Origin: Euglena gracilis
Taxonomy: Eukaryota
Reading direction: 5' to 3'
DNA length: 64,000 bases
Assembly (NCBI GenBank): GCA_039621445.1
Contig: CP154954.1
Span: 32,713,455-32,777,454, forward strand
Shown here: positions 12,601 to 24,576 of the stretch, piece by piece
Position numbering within the stretch: position 1 is the stretch's first letter
Layout of the letters: every line of letters begins with the position of its first letter
The notes under the pieces: generated by a model
Databases searched by the model: none
What the model saw: only the letters and a program-made list of their open reading frames with translations
Told to the model about the DNA's origin: nothing
Position numbers and translations under genes: made by a program

Positions 12601-12961
12601 GGTCCCCCGGGGTCTAACTAGTCCATTTTTTCCAGTGTCCAGCAAAATGGCTAGCCACTGGATCCACTGAGTTCCTCAAGAAATGGCCTGTTCACAACAG
12701 GCGACATTTCCATGATGGTTTACTGGCCAAAAACCACAAAGCCTGCTGCTTGCTTTACCTGCCGAATTTGTCACTGTCAGTCGATTTTTGTTCAGAATCA
12801 GGCACCTGGACACTGAAGCCTGCATCTCTGATGCCATTGCATTCATCCACTTCACAACCCCAGAGGAGGCCCAAGGCGCCATCCAGAGCATGAACAACTA
12901 CCCGCTGGATGAAACCCGTCACCTCGTGGTGCGGGGCAACACCAGCAGCCCACGTATCTAG
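603..12961 (+). CDS. Two-RRM RNA-binding protein with Gly/Arg-rich linker, paralog A (7 exons)
   Basis: Exons 603-664, 724-873, 918-1088, ~1431-1509, 3242-3297, 11112-11193, 12836-12961. Protein: MELTIPEASTTICVGNLPDYITAREFRLMFKF..GHQVGYARFGTAQEAQAAIEWL..GGRGFGKGVGKGRGKGG..SVYVGGVPHDWDETALQSLFEGFGTITKVQLTRGSNPVGNIAFIHFTTPEEAQGAIQSMNNYPLDETRHLVVR..TAG. Two sets of RNP2/RNP1-like motifs; colinear with paralog B. Confidence 0.9.
665..723 (+). other. Nonconventional intron, position shared by both RRM paralogs (B: 16912-16991)
   Basis: A: gagCAGGAA...TTCCTGttgta. B: atcCAATGG...CCATTGcccac. Both give AT|A (Ile) in frame. Confidence 0.88.
1615..1919. mobile_element. Merlin-like MITE
   Basis: TIR GGTACTTGTCTGTTAGTCGATCCACGGCA; 8-bp TSD ctccaagg; internal TGACGTCA repeats. 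Confidence 0.8.
2068..3084. mobile_element. hAT-like MITE family 2, interrupted by 2329-2969
   Basis: Ends CAGGATTTGATATAAGGA / TCCTTATATCAACCCTG; TSD gtagtgcc. Confidence 0.88.
2329..2969. mobile_element. Merlin-like MITE with ~55-bp TIR
   Basis: TIR begins GGTACTTGTCTGTTATCGTACGACATACCC; TSD caaaaatt. Confidence 0.85.
3384..3700. mobile_element. hAT-like MITE family 3
   Basis: CAGGCAATTGCTTA...TAAGCAATTGTATG; TSD gtcaggcc; internal GTGACTGACTGG repeats. Confidence 0.88.
4470..5790. repeat. Element built of TGGTCGGGCCGACCA palindromes; related inverted sequence at ~9590-10530
   Basis: 5140-5300 is the reverse complement of ~10315-10510. Ends not defined. Confidence 0.6.
5803..8201. mobile_element. 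TIR element with 5-bp TSD, superfamily unassigned
   Basis: 21-bp TIR CTTAGGCGGCCAATTAGGACA; TSD actag; repeated palindrome TTATGCCACTAGTGGCATAA. Confidence 0.8.
9035..9572. mobile_element. hAT-like MITE family 1
   Basis: TIR CAGGGATGGATGGGAAGCC; TSD ggggtggg. An empty version of the site is visible at ~8786-8809. Confidence 0.9.
11194..12835 (+). other. Nonconventional intron absent from paralog B
   Basis: accCAGGGATG...CATCTCTGatgcc; joins GN|IAFIHF in frame. Confidence 0.85.
11576..12140. mobile_element. hAT-like MITE family 1
   Basis: Same body and TIR; TSD atgccccc. Confidence 0.9.
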
Positions 12962-14912
12962 GCACCAGCTTGTTTTTGGCTTGCTTCTCTTGAATGGTGG
13001 AGGGAGCATAAAGAAACTCAACTTGTGGAGATCTGTTTGCCCAAAAGACATTTTTTTTCAGCCCAGAAACATGTCCGCCCACATAAAATATTTCACTGCA
13101 TCCTGGCAGACCCCCTTTGAGGGAGGGGGCTGGACTGCAACTGGCAAAAATTGGCCAGTGGACTTTCTTGTGAACCCCTGGACAGCCAGTGAAAAAAAAC
13201 CACCATTTTTTAAACCGAAACCTTCCTTAAGGGTCAGGGGTCATGGGGGATATGTGCCAAAAAAATTGCGAAAATGCCAAAAGTAGCACCCTTTTAAAAA
13301 AAGTTCGGCGCCTTCAGCACCGAAAAGTAACCCCCCCCCCTCCCACTTATACCCCCCCCCCCCTACTTATAAACCCCCCTCGGGCCGACCAACCAAACCG
13401 GGACTTATAACCCCCCCCCCCCCGGGGAAGAAAAACGAAAGCCACCAGGGACAATTTTTTTCGGACGCAAACCACTAAAAGTTGATTTTTTGGCAGTTTT
13501 TTTTGAGACCAACCATCTTCAAAAATGCCATTTTTGTCCAAATTTGGCAAAAATTGTCAATTTGGGGGGGGGTTTCGGGGTCATTTTTTGGGGGTCGGAT
13601 TTTCACCAACAATTCCGGGACTTAAACCCGCCCCACTTATAACCCCCCCTTCGGCCGACCAACCAAACCGGATCCATTAAACTTCGGGGGGTTTATCAGT
13701 GGGGGGGGGGTTATATCCCACCCCCAGACCCGCCTGCCCTGCCTGCCCCCCGGGGGGGGGGTCCAAGGCTAAAAAAAAACCCCTGCTTCCGGCACTTTGC
13801 ACCAGGCGCACAACTTCAGATATGTGCCCCCCCAGGCACCCTGAAAAAGTCTTTTTGGTCCACTTTGAAAGCTTTATCTGCAAGCCGGCATAGGTCACTG
13901 CTTGGGGGGCATACCCAGAAAAAGGCATGGATACTTGAACTTTGAGGAGACACCAAATCTGAAGGAAATATACGACAGTTTGGCCTTTTTGGCAGGTTGG
14001 ACCAACCTCGGGGAAAAGTGAGTGGTCCCCCGGACCCCCTCCGGGGCGCCCCGCCAAGGGGGGGGGTGGAGGGGACCCCTCCCCCCGATCTTTTAAAAAA
14101 CCCCTGGCCGGAAGCAGGGCACCTCCCAAGGTACTTTGGAAAATGGATGGACAGTTCCCTTCCTCTGTTCCCCCTCGTATTTTAAAGAGAAGCCTGCTCC
14201 TCTCCTCTGCATTGCAAAGCACTCAAATTGAGACGCCATAGCACAAAGCCAAGAATTATGATCAAGGTATTTCACATATGCAAGCGACGGAGGTTGTATT
14301 CTGCCAAAGATACCTCTGAAACTCAATCGAGACCGTGATGTTACTTTTGTTTTCAGTTTCCTTCCTCGTCTGGGAAGCCCAAAGAAAAACCATGTGGGAT
14401 TTGACGCATGTTGATGGCAAAAGGGTCACTCTCAAACCCATTTGATTTCCTCTGCATGATGTCTTTTTCTCGCGGAAAGCATTGTTCAAATTTCATCAAT
14501 GGGAGTAGAAAGTGAAAACATTATTTCCAGTCAAAAAGAAAGCGAAGCTTTCGTTGGGGGACAGTGTTTTTTGGTTTAAAACGCTGTTGTTAAGTTCTCC
14601 ATCCATTCATTTTTTTTGAGATGTATCTTTTCAATGGCTGCAGTCACCACTTGCCGCAACTGGTGCTGCACGCCATCCCGAACCCTTCTGAACTCCCTCT
14701 TTCCTCCGTTCGTTTGCTGTGCGTTTTAGGCCACAATTATCGCCTGATGCCTGAAGAAGGCCTCACTGTTCGGACGCACCATCACTGATGAAGGCGACGG
14801 CTCACAGGCACCACCGTCGATCCTCTCACCCCTTTGTTTTGTGCAGTTCGCATTGCTTCGCGCGAGGTCCAGGGATGAACAGGTTTCCCATGGTTGGCAG
14901 GTTGGCGGGCTT

Positions 14913-15358
14913 CAGGCTTTTGCTTAAGGGATTGCAGTACCCCCCCGGGGGGGGGGGGGCTGGACTGCAGCTAGTCCAAATTTGGCTAGTGGGTTTTCTA
15001 GCAGACCCCCCCCGGGGGGGGGGGTCTGCTAGCAGGGCTAGCTAGTGGAAATTTTTTTTTCCAGTGACCGGCGCGAAGCGCCGAAAATTTTTTTGGGGAC
15101 CCCCAAAAATGGCCAAAAATGCCCGTTTTTGGCCATTTTTGGGAATTTTTGGAACAAAATCAGCCAAAAACCTGTTAAAAACCTCATTTTTCCTCCGGCG
15201 CGCAGCGCCGGAGGAAAATTTTTTTTCCAGTCCGGGGGGGCCCCAGGCCCCCCCCCCCCGGGGGGAGGGGGGGGTCTAGCTAGTCGACTTTTTCCAGTGT
15301 CTAGCCGATTGGCTAGCCAGTACCCCCCCCCCCCGGGGGGTCCTTAAGCAAAAGCCTG
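14913..15358. mobile_element. hAT-like MITE family 4
   Basis: TIR CAGGCTTTTGCTTAAGG; TSD gcgggctt; internal CTAG repeats. Confidence 0.9.
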
Positions 15359-15404
15359 GCGGGCTTTCACCAGGCATCCGGGCTTTCGGGGGGGTAGTCC
15401 AACC

Positions 15405-15770
15405 CAGGCAATTGCTTAAGCACTGACCAACCCCCCCCCCCCCCCCGGGGGGGTGGGTGACTGGTTTTTTCAGAGTGACTGACTGGTTTTGGGCCCGGAC
15501 CCCCTCCCCCCCCCCCCCGGGGGGGGTCGGCCAGGAGTGGGCAAAAGTGGCTTGAGTGACCCCGGCGCCAAAGGCGCCGGAAAAATTTTTTGGGTCTAAA
15601 ATGGCCTAAAGTGACTGGAAAGTGGCCGTTTTTCTGAGTGGCCGACCCCCCCCCCCCCCCCCCGGGGGGAGTGACTGGCTGGTTTTTTGAAAATGAGTGA
15701 CTGACTGGTTTTTAAAAAAGTGGAGTGACCGCCCCTCCCCCCCCCCCCGCGGTCGGTAAGCAATTGTATG
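15405..15770. mobile_element. hAT-like MITE family 3
   Basis: Same ends and body; TSD gtccaacc. Confidence 0.88.
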
Positions 15771-16855
15771 GTCCAACCACAACCCCTTTGACCGGAGGGG
15801 TCTGAACCCCCCCGGGTATTAGGTGAACAGTAGGGGGTCTGCTATGGGTAGGGTATCCCATTGTTTCAGGACCACACCACCCCAGGGGAGTGGCCAGGGC
15901 AGAACGGGAAACGGCCAAACAGCCAGGGTGGTGGGTGGGGGGGTTTGAAGCAAAAAAATGCCATTGAAAATCCAAAAAATTTCCCAGAGAAAAAATGTCC
16001 ATAAAATTTGACTGTGCCAAATTTTGGTCCACTTTTTTGACCTTCGTTTCACCCCCCTCCTAAGAATACCAATTTTTAACCCTGAAAATTTTGAGTTTTT
16101 TGTGAAAAAATGTGGTTTTCCATCAAAAAGTCATGTGTTTTGGGTTCATTTTTCAAAAAAAAATCAAAAAATTTTCCGGCCAAAATCCTTATTTTCCCGA
16201 AATCGGTGAAGATGCTGTGGTGGGTGGGGGGCAGGGATTTTTTTTAAGTTTGGACCCCGGGGGGGGGGTCGGGTGGGTGGGTCCGCCGGACCCCCTCCCC
16301 CCCCAGGGGGGGGGTCCCCCCCCCCGGTCTTAAAAAAAACCCCTGGTGGGGGGTGGACCCCCCACTCCACCAGGCCTTCCCGTTCTGCCCTGGAAGTGGC
16401 TGACTGGTTTTTTCGGAGTGACTGACTGGTTTTTGGCTCTAGACCCCCCCCCCCGGAGGTGGGGTTTGGCCAAAATCCTTTTTTGAAAAGTGAATGACTG
16501 GCTTTTTGAAAGTAGAAAGTGACCCCCCCCTTGGGGGTCGGCAACCAATGGTATGGTGTGGACCTCCCCCCACCCCCCTCCTCGGCAGGTTCCAAAAATA
16601 GCAAATAGGGCTTTCGTATTTAGTGAGCCTTGTTGCATACCCCCCCCCCGTCCCGTGGTCCAATCCCCTCCTCCCCAGCCTTCCCCCCACAGCTCTGTCC
16701 CGCTCTCCTCGTTTGACTGGAGAACTCCCCCCTGTTCATCCTTTCCAGTGGGTCGTCAAAAAACGCCCTGATTAGCACACTTCAAAAGCTTTTATTCAAC
16801 ACGGTTTCAGTTGCATTTCCACCCTCATTTGCTCTCACAGGTACGCAACAATATT

Positions 16856-19800
16856 ATGGCATTGGTTGAAGCATCGACCACCATCTGCGTCGGAAACCTC
16901 CCAGACCACATATCCAATGGCCCCCCATTTGTGAAAGGAAACCTTTTGCTTTCCTTCAGGCTGATGTGACAGTTGGGTGACCATTGCCCACAACACCGCG
17001 TGAATTCCGCTTGATGTTCAAATTTGCTGCTGGAGTGCAACGATGCATCATCAACCATATGCAGGGGACCACAGCAATTCTTCTGATGTGGGCTTTTGGC
17101 ACCTTGGCTGGAGACATTCACATCACTTGAGCCGAAGTGGACCCCATGCCTGATGGGATCCAGCCAGCCAGCAGCCCCCAGACCCCCCTCCGCCCCTTCG
17201 ACGAGTTGTCGTTTTCCAGCCGTCCTTTGGGCGGCTGGACGGTGATGGATTTTTGGCTTTCAGGGGTGCAAAATTGGCCAAAATGGGCAAATAACGGGTC
17301 GGCTTTGGGCTGGCCAGGCAAATTCTGGATCGAAAAGTTGATTTTTTTTGCATAATTGGCAGTTTTTTGGGCATTTTTGGCCTTTCCCAGGTTCGACCCC
17401 AGGTCGGCCCCAGGTCGGCCCAGTTCCAGCCAGGGACCCCCCCCTAACCCCCCCTATTGGCCTATTGGGGGGTCAGCCTTTTTCCAGCCAGCCCAAAATT
17501 TTCAGCCTTTGAGGTGGACCCCCCTGGGGGTGGGTCACCAAGTGACGGGGGGTCTTTTGGACTTTCACTCCAGATTTTGGCTCAAGAATGCTGACCAAGC
17601 TGGATTGGGCTTTTGGGGGACAAGCTGGACCCTCCTGCATCCCAGGATTGGGGGGCCCAGCAATTTTTCTTTGGCGGGTTTCTCAGGGGTGCTCAGGCTT
17701 TTTAATTTGGAAGACCCCCCCCCCCCCCCCCCGGAACTCCGGGGTGGACCCTGGGAGGTTTGGCCATTGCCAAAAATTTTGGGGGGAAATGCCCTCAGAT
17801 GGCCCATTTGGGGTGGGGGGGGTTGCGCTTCGGCATCCCTGCACACAGCGTCCACGGGGCGCTTGCTGAGTCCCCTGGCACCACCAAGTCAGGGCACCAG
17901 GTCGGTTATGCAAGGTTTGGCACACCGCAAGAGGCACAGGCAGCAATTGAGTGGCTCTGCCAGGGTCATCCTCACCTTCCAACCGACCAAACACAGGTTC
18001 AAAGCCAGAGGCAGAACCATGTTTGGTTCAGCCCACGACGTCCTCTCTCTCAATTCAAGAAAAGTGATGACTTTTTTGTCTCACCAGGTTTTCCAGTTCA
18101 TCCCGATTTTTCTCAGGCCATTTTCCAGCCAATCCGGCCCCTTTATTTTGGGCTATTCTTGGGGTCGGAGAACCGATGTCAACACCTAAAATGAAGCTTT
18201 GGAACCCAGGAGGACTCCCCTCTGGTGAGCTGGTCCTCGCATCATTTGAATGTGAGTTTCTGCATCGTTTGGACGGAATTCCTCCAAGGTTTCGGGCGGC
18301 AGTGCGAGCATGCCCCTGCCTCTCACGGCTACCCTCTCGATGAGGATTTCCCCCAAACGCTGAAGGTCTTCATGTCCTCCACGCAGCTGCGGGATGCTCT
18401 GCCGGGCACTGGGATGAAGCGGCCCCTTGGCCAGGCTTCTTTTAAACCCCTCATCTTCTTCAGTCTTTTCGGGGCGGGATTATTCACGTCTGTCACCTCC
18501 ACCCGGCCTGACTGCCGAGCGAATCCCAACACCGGCCCTTTTTGGGTCACCCCAACAGCCGGGAGGGCCGAATCCCTTGCGGGGGCCGACCGTTCGGGGG
18601 GCTTCATCTTTCTTCCCCCTGGCAGGCACCGGGACCCAATAATGACCCTGCGGGGAGTTCGCTGGCGGCAGTAAAAATTTTTTCAATGACCAAGAAATTG
18701 GTCAAATATTTTTGTTCCATTTTGGCCACGACAGAAAATTTTTGGGAAATGTCCGGAGATTTCCCTTGTTTTGTATTGACCGCTAAAATTTTTTTCTTTT
18801 TGCACCATTTTTTGGCCATTTTTTTTTACCACCAATGCCCCCTGGTGTTGGAAGGCGCCCTTGTGAGAATCCTGAACGGGTGGCATTGTCCTCGAAGAAA
18901 ATCAGAGTGGTTCACCTAAATCGTTCTGTGTGATTCTGTTTTGCATTGCCACGTGCTTGAAAAAAGCCTTCCGCGGACAATGGATTCGGTGGCCCGGCGT
19001 TCAAGATTCCCCGTGGCGGTGCCTTTGGTGGCTTTGGGGGCGGCTTTGCCTACGGGGCCCCGGCGGGCTTCCCCGGCGGCCGCGGGCTGGGCAAGGGCCG
19101 GGGCCGGGGCAAGGGTGGTGCAGTGGCGAGCCCCACGTCTGTCTACGTCGGCGGGGTGCCCCATGATTGGGATGAGAGCAGGACGGTCGCCCCATTCCCA
19201 TTCCCGGGGGGGGTGACTCCGAGGAATCAGTCCGCGTGTCCTGCAGCGCTGTCGTTTTGCCGTTGTTTCCCCCCATCCGTTAGCTCAGCAGAAGATTTTC
19301 AAAACTCTCGATATCTGGCTAGTTTTTTGATATCCGCATCTTTTTCACACCCGTGGGCCCTGATCCGGCCGGCACATCGGAATAGTTATCCCGGGGATCC
19401 CAATGGGAACCCCCAATCGGTTTCCTGTTTTGGGGCCAAATCACGGTTTTCTATAGGCCCAAGTGAGGGGCCATCTTCCGTCCAAATGATGCGGGGGTGC
19501 GAAGGTGCCCTGTTGGTCCCCGGTTCCCATTTCGCCCATCACAATTGGCGGCTGCCGTCCTGTCCCCGACTGCTCTGCAGTCTCTCTTTGAGGGGTTCGG
19601 CACCATCTCCAAGGTGCAGCTGACCCGAGGCTCCAGTCAGGTTGGGCGTTTGCTGTGCATTTTTGGTCGGTTCGGCCCGCCGATGGTGCCCGTCAGGCCT
19701 TGCCGACCCCAACCTGGTTCCAACCCGGTGGGCAATATTGCCTTCATTCACTTCACCTCCCCGGAGGAGGCCCAAGGGGCCATCCAGAGCATGAACAACT

Positions 19801-19862
19801 ACCCCTTGGACGAGACCCGGCACCTTGTGGTTCGGGCAAACACCAGCGCGAAGGGCCTTTAG
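16856..19862 (+). CDS. Two-RRM RNA-binding protein with RGG linker, paralog B (7 exons)
   Basis: Exons 16856-16911, 16992-17058, 17883-~17965, ~18307-18428, 18976-19175, 19568-19634, 19722-19862. Protein: MALVEASTTICVGNLPDHITPREFRLMFKF..GHQVGYARFGTPQEAQAAIEWL..GGRGLGKGRGRGKGG..SVYVGGVPHDWDETALQSLFEGFG..GNIAFIHFTSPEEAQGAIQSMNNYPLDETRHLVVRANTSAKGL*. The exon 3/4 junction was not resolved. Confidence 0.9.
17059..17882 (+). other. Nonconventional intron absent from paralog A
   Basis: atgCAGGGGAC...GTCCCCTGgcacc; joins NH|TKSGHQ, matching uninterrupted NHTKAGHQ in A. Confidence 0.88.
18429..18975 (+). other. Nonconventional intron absent from paralog A
   Basis: ggcCAGGCTTCTTTTAA...TTGAAAAAAGCCTTccgcg; joins KRPL|DNGFG, identical to A. 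Confidence 0.85.
19635..19721 (+). other. 87-nt in-frame nonconventional intron absent from paralog A
   Basis: agtCAGGTTGGG...CCCAACCTGgttcc; joins RGS|NPVGN. Flanking 8-mers gctccagt / gttccaac (5/8). Confidence 0.85.
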
Positions 19863-21343
19863 GCATGCACCCAATCTGTGTCATTTGTTTGGCCATTCTC
19901 AAAGCTACAGGGAGTAGTTATCTTTTTTAAGTGGCCATTTTGAGACTGTACGGCTGACAGGTCATGTTGGAGTCATGCCCCCCCAGAAAGCTAACCATGA
20001 GGGGAGTGTGTCAAATTTTGATTTTCAAAAAGCACAACCCAGGAACGAGGGGGATAATGTAGTGCAAAATCCTGAATGAATCCAACCCACACTTGCTGTT
20101 GACATCACGGAAAAAAAATCTTTCTTTGTGCCGTAACCAATATGGAAAGTTTTTTTTGTAACCATCTGCTCTGCAACGTTCTTGCCGGTGCCGCCTTGCC
20201 AACTTGAAAGTCTGTGTTGCAACAGCTGCGCCATTGTTATCCTGTTCATTTTTTGATTGAAAAAATGTGCTGGGGCAAAAAGCTGCGACCACCGTGGACT
20301 TTTTTTTCTGCGCGGTGGCACCGGCGACTCGGCACGCTGTCCAAAAGTTGCCAACAACACTTGCACTGGGTTCCTGGGCTTTTCTTTTTTTCAAAATGAT
20401 GTGTCCTCGGATATTTTTTTTTGCGTGCAAATAAATTGTCAACACTTTGTGATTGAAAAAAGAGCTTAAATTGCACAAAAAACCATATTTTTGTTGGTTG
20501 GAGGCAAAATTGCACCACACAACACTTTTATGGGTCCCCCAGGTGAGAATAAATCATTTTTTAATTCGATTTTACGTTAAGGGGGCGAAAATGGCCAAAA
20601 TGGCTTTTGTTGAGGACCCCCCCCCCTGTCGAGGGTTGACATAAGGGGGGCACGTACAATCACCCCCCCTTGTTGGTGGCTTTGAGAATCGGGTTGTTTT
20701 TGGCCTAGTCGTGCGACCACCCCCTGATTGGGGTTGTAGGTTGGGGGGTGCGCATGGCCACCCCCCGTGGTCGGGGTTATAGGAACCCAGTTGGTTGCAG
20801 GGGGGGGGGCGGGTAGAGCTCGGGGCCTCCAATTTTGGATAAAAATAACAGCCTGGCTGGATTTGGGTTTTTTTGCCTGTTTTGAAGGTGCTGCCGGGCC
20901 CCCCCCCCCCCCCAACCCCCACCCACCTTTTTTTCCCGGCCCCCCCCCCCCCAAGGTTCTTGTCCGGACCACCCCCACCCCCACGTGCCAAGGGAGGTCC
21001 AGGCCGACCCCAGCAGGGGGGTCACCCGGCAACCCCCCAAAAGGTCAATTTTTTTCTTTTGGAGCTTTGCGCCGAATTTTTTTTTGCATTTTTGACAAGT
21101 TTTTGCCCAAACAGTTCCCAAAATGGCACTTTTGACCGTTTTGGGCGGTCGGTCAAAATTTTGTCCTGGCGCTTCGCCAAAAGTTTGCCACCCAGACCAA
21201 AAATCGGTCACCCAGACCACGCCACTGTTCGGGTCCCCCCCCCCAGCTGCCCTTAAATCGAAGCTTCCAGGGGCTTTAAAAAAGGCCTGGATGTAAAAGG
21301 TTCCTTTTTTTTTTGATCCTTCAGGTTAAACAATACTGTTGAC

Positions 21344-22319
21344 ATGGCTCCAACCAAGTCGACAATGCTGTGGATGCTTTTTTTGATTTTGTGTTGAAAA
21401 GAGCTGAAGACCAAGGGTATCTATGAATATTTTTTTTTGCATGTGTCTTTTGGTTATGTTTTATGCTTTCCCCTTTTTTCATGCAACAAAAGTGTGTATT
21501 TATCTGTGATTTTTGTATTTTTTTTCAATGGGGGGGGCATAATGGGCCAAGGTGGGAGAAATGCATTAAGAAGGGGTTTCTGTCATTGTTTGAGAATTGA
21601 CGTGGTGAAGTTGTCAGATGTGAGAGGATTTGGGCCAGTTCGTGTTGTGAAAAAAGTTTTTTCAAAAAAAACTTTGCAGTTCATATGGCGTTGTTTTGAC
21701 CCCCCTGACAATTCATTACTGACTCACATTTCAACCAATGACAACTTTCCATGATGGTAAAGTGACTGGGAACGGGCAAAAATCCAATTTGCGTTGGAAC
21801 AGTGGATACCGGTGTTGGTGCATGTGGTGAAAAATCGGCCTGGGGAAAAGAGTAATTTACAAAAAGGAAATCAAAAATGCAAAAAAAGGATTTTGTACAC
21901 TCAAATTGCTGAATTTCATTGCAATCTGGTGGGGGCTCACCCCTGCCCGTCCCGTAGTGCAACAAAAAGGCTGACCCCATATCTCCTCTTGAGTGGTCGC
22001 ATTTTGAATCCTAACACTTCCAACCAACTTGCTTTCTTGCCCTCTTGCAGATTTGAAAAGTGAGCCCCTCAGAAAGATATTGGAGCCAAGAAAAGGGGCC
22101 ACTGTACCCTCTGCAGTGCAGAGGATTTCTTATCATTCGTCACAAGCAAATGAAAATGGAAACGCCGCGACGATTTTCTCTGCTGGACACCAAACCTTCG
22201 GCCGCCAAACCCATATGCGAGAAATGTGCTGGCAGAAGAGCCGGAAACGGGAAAGGGGACGTAATGGCGTTCCTTGCATTTACTCCGGACTAATCCTGCT
22301 TCCAGAACACCAGAGCTAA
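21344..22319 (+). CDS. Possible multi-exon gene or 5' part of the EPL-like gene, product unknown
   Basis: T-tract plus CAG at 21322-24, then ATG at 21344. Coding-like blocks WERAKIQFALEQWIPVLVHVVKNRPGEK (~21767-21850) and, after ttgcag, DLKSEPLRKILEPRKG (~22050). No recognisable family. Confidence 0.25.
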
Positions 22320-23508
22320 TCAATGGAAACGAATTTTCGCTTGTGGCTTTGTTGAGGATTCCCCTTGTGCTTTTGATGGGCTCCAGCTGTTTTGCTTTTT
22401 TCCCCTTTTCGTTGAAGTTGAACAAATTTATTTATCGTTGATGTTGCTTTTGGCAAAAGGGCTTGCATTGTTCCCAAAGTTCACAAATTTACAAATTGTG
22501 TTGCATCTGAAATGGCAACGTTATTTTATTGTTTCCTCGAAAAGAGTGCATTAAGTGAACTCAGAGGATTTTCCAAAAGAAAGTTTGACCAAATGCAGCC
22601 GGGATGTTGGACACAAAGATGGAAAAGCATTTGGGGTGGATCTGTTTCTTGTCCCTGTCGTTTCAGTGTCATCGTTTGGGTGCTTGGCTATCACATTGAC
22701 CCCACCGACTTTGAATTGTTTGCTTCCTTTGTCTTTTGCCTGCTGACAATGATATTTGTTCCTCTGAATCTACAAAAATTTTTGCAGAAAGGTTTCAAGT
22801 TGACATTGAAGTGTAGTCTAGTGCAAGTTTTTGGAAGTAGTTGGGTTTGTTTGAATCCCACATGCCTGTGGTTGCTGATACAACCGATAAATTTTGAGGA
22901 TTTTTTAGATGGATTTTTTGTTGGTTGCACCAAAGCATCATTGTCTATCTGCACAAATATTTTTTATTTTCGACTCCATTTGATGCCCAGACAGCCTTTG
23001 GAACAAAAAGTTTTTTAAAAGGCCAGACACATCGTATTGGTCTCCACACCTAGCTGGCGGGGGGGGGGGCTAAAATAAAAACCTGTTTTTGATTGTTGTT
23101 GCCAATGCTGCCAAAAATGGTTTTTGATTGTTGTTGCCAAGAGGGTAATGCCCAGTTGACTCCCACCCAGAAGCTATTTGATAGAGACTGCCAAAATATC
23201 CCTTCTTGTTGCACAAGCGCAACAATGTTGATTGGTAATACCCGTCTTTGTTCCAGGAAGCATTTTTTCGCTGGAGTTGCTTTGTTTTCGCCGAGATTTT
23301 GTGACTGCATTTTGGTGCGTCGTAGAAAAATCTGCCAGAATGTTTTTTTGTGTTTATCATTTTGTTTCACGGGTTTTTAAGGCGTTGAAAATGCCTTATT
23401 TCTTTGCATTCCCAAGACAAAGTGAGTCTTTGTGAAGTGTTGAAGACAAGGGAAGGCAGGGTGGTAAAGGGGGATTATTGCCCCCCCCCCCCCAGCACCT
23501 GCCATGGG

Positions 23509-23902
23509 CAGGGTTCGATATAAGGAGGGCGTACATGGTTTAGGTGGGGGGGGTGTCCCCCCCCCCCCCCCCCCCCCACCTGCAAGGGGGGTCCGGACCG
23601 ACCCTCGGGGGCAAAAATTGACCCCCCCCAAAAAGGGTCATTTTTTTCCTCCGGCGCTTTGCGCCGAAAATTTTTTGCATTTTTGGCACATTTTTGCCCA
23701 AAAAGTGCCCAAAATGGCACTTTTGGTCGTTTTGGGGGGTCAAAAATTTTCGGCCCGGCGCTTTGCGCCGGGCCGAAAATTCGGCCACCCTGACCGCGCA
23801 CCTGTTTAGGTGGGGGGGTGTCCCCCCCCCCACCCCCCCCCTCCTGGCCCGCAGGGGGGGGGTCCGGACCACCCCCCCCACCTGTCCTTATATCGAACCC
23901 TG
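23509..23902. mobile_element. hAT-like MITE family 2
   Basis: TIR CAGGGTTCGATATAAGGA; TSD gccatggg. Confidence 0.9.
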
Positions 23903-24576
23903 GCCATGGGTCCAGGTTGTAGATTCACTTAACATCTGTCTGACCCTGGGGGGCAGGTGGGTTTTCGAGGTGGGTTGGGGCCATATCATTGCTTTACACC
24001 TGTCCCACCCCACCCCTGGGGGGTGGGGGGGGTCGCTAAGCAATGGTATGGTTGGGGCCCCGGGACTGCCGGGGGGAGGTGCGCCATCCATGGGTCAGGT
24101 TTTTTCTCGGCCAAAGACCGGGACGGAAAATTTTTTCCAGCGTTTTCAGCCGATTTTGGCTGGATTTTGGGTGGGTGGGTGGGTGGTTGACCGGGGGGTT
24201 GTGGGGGGGTTAAAAAAAACTGGGTGGGCTGGGCCAGGGAAAAAGTTTTCATCCCCCCCCCCGGTCACCGAGTGAATCTATGATCCAGAAGGTCTACTTC
24301 CGCCACTTTGTACCCATTTTTTTTTGCATTTTTTCACCAAAAAATTGGGCACAAGTTGGGTGGAGGGCAGAAAATGTGTTGAAATCCTCATTTCCACCTC
24401 CCACTGGGAAGGGGGGGTCCAGCTGGTGGCTTTTCCCCCCGGTGCCCGGCAAAACGGCCAGCCCCCGGAGGCCGCAAGCTAAAGTCTGTTGTTGCTGATT
24501 TTTCTGCCGGAACGCACTGAGAGAGTATTTTTGCTTGTTTTCCTTTGTCGCTGCTTATCTTTTCCCTGTTTTGTAG

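Noticed and set aside
14180-14870. Possible minus-strand gene between the RRM paralogs
   Set aside because: Non-repetitive sequence, but no consistent frame or known motif.
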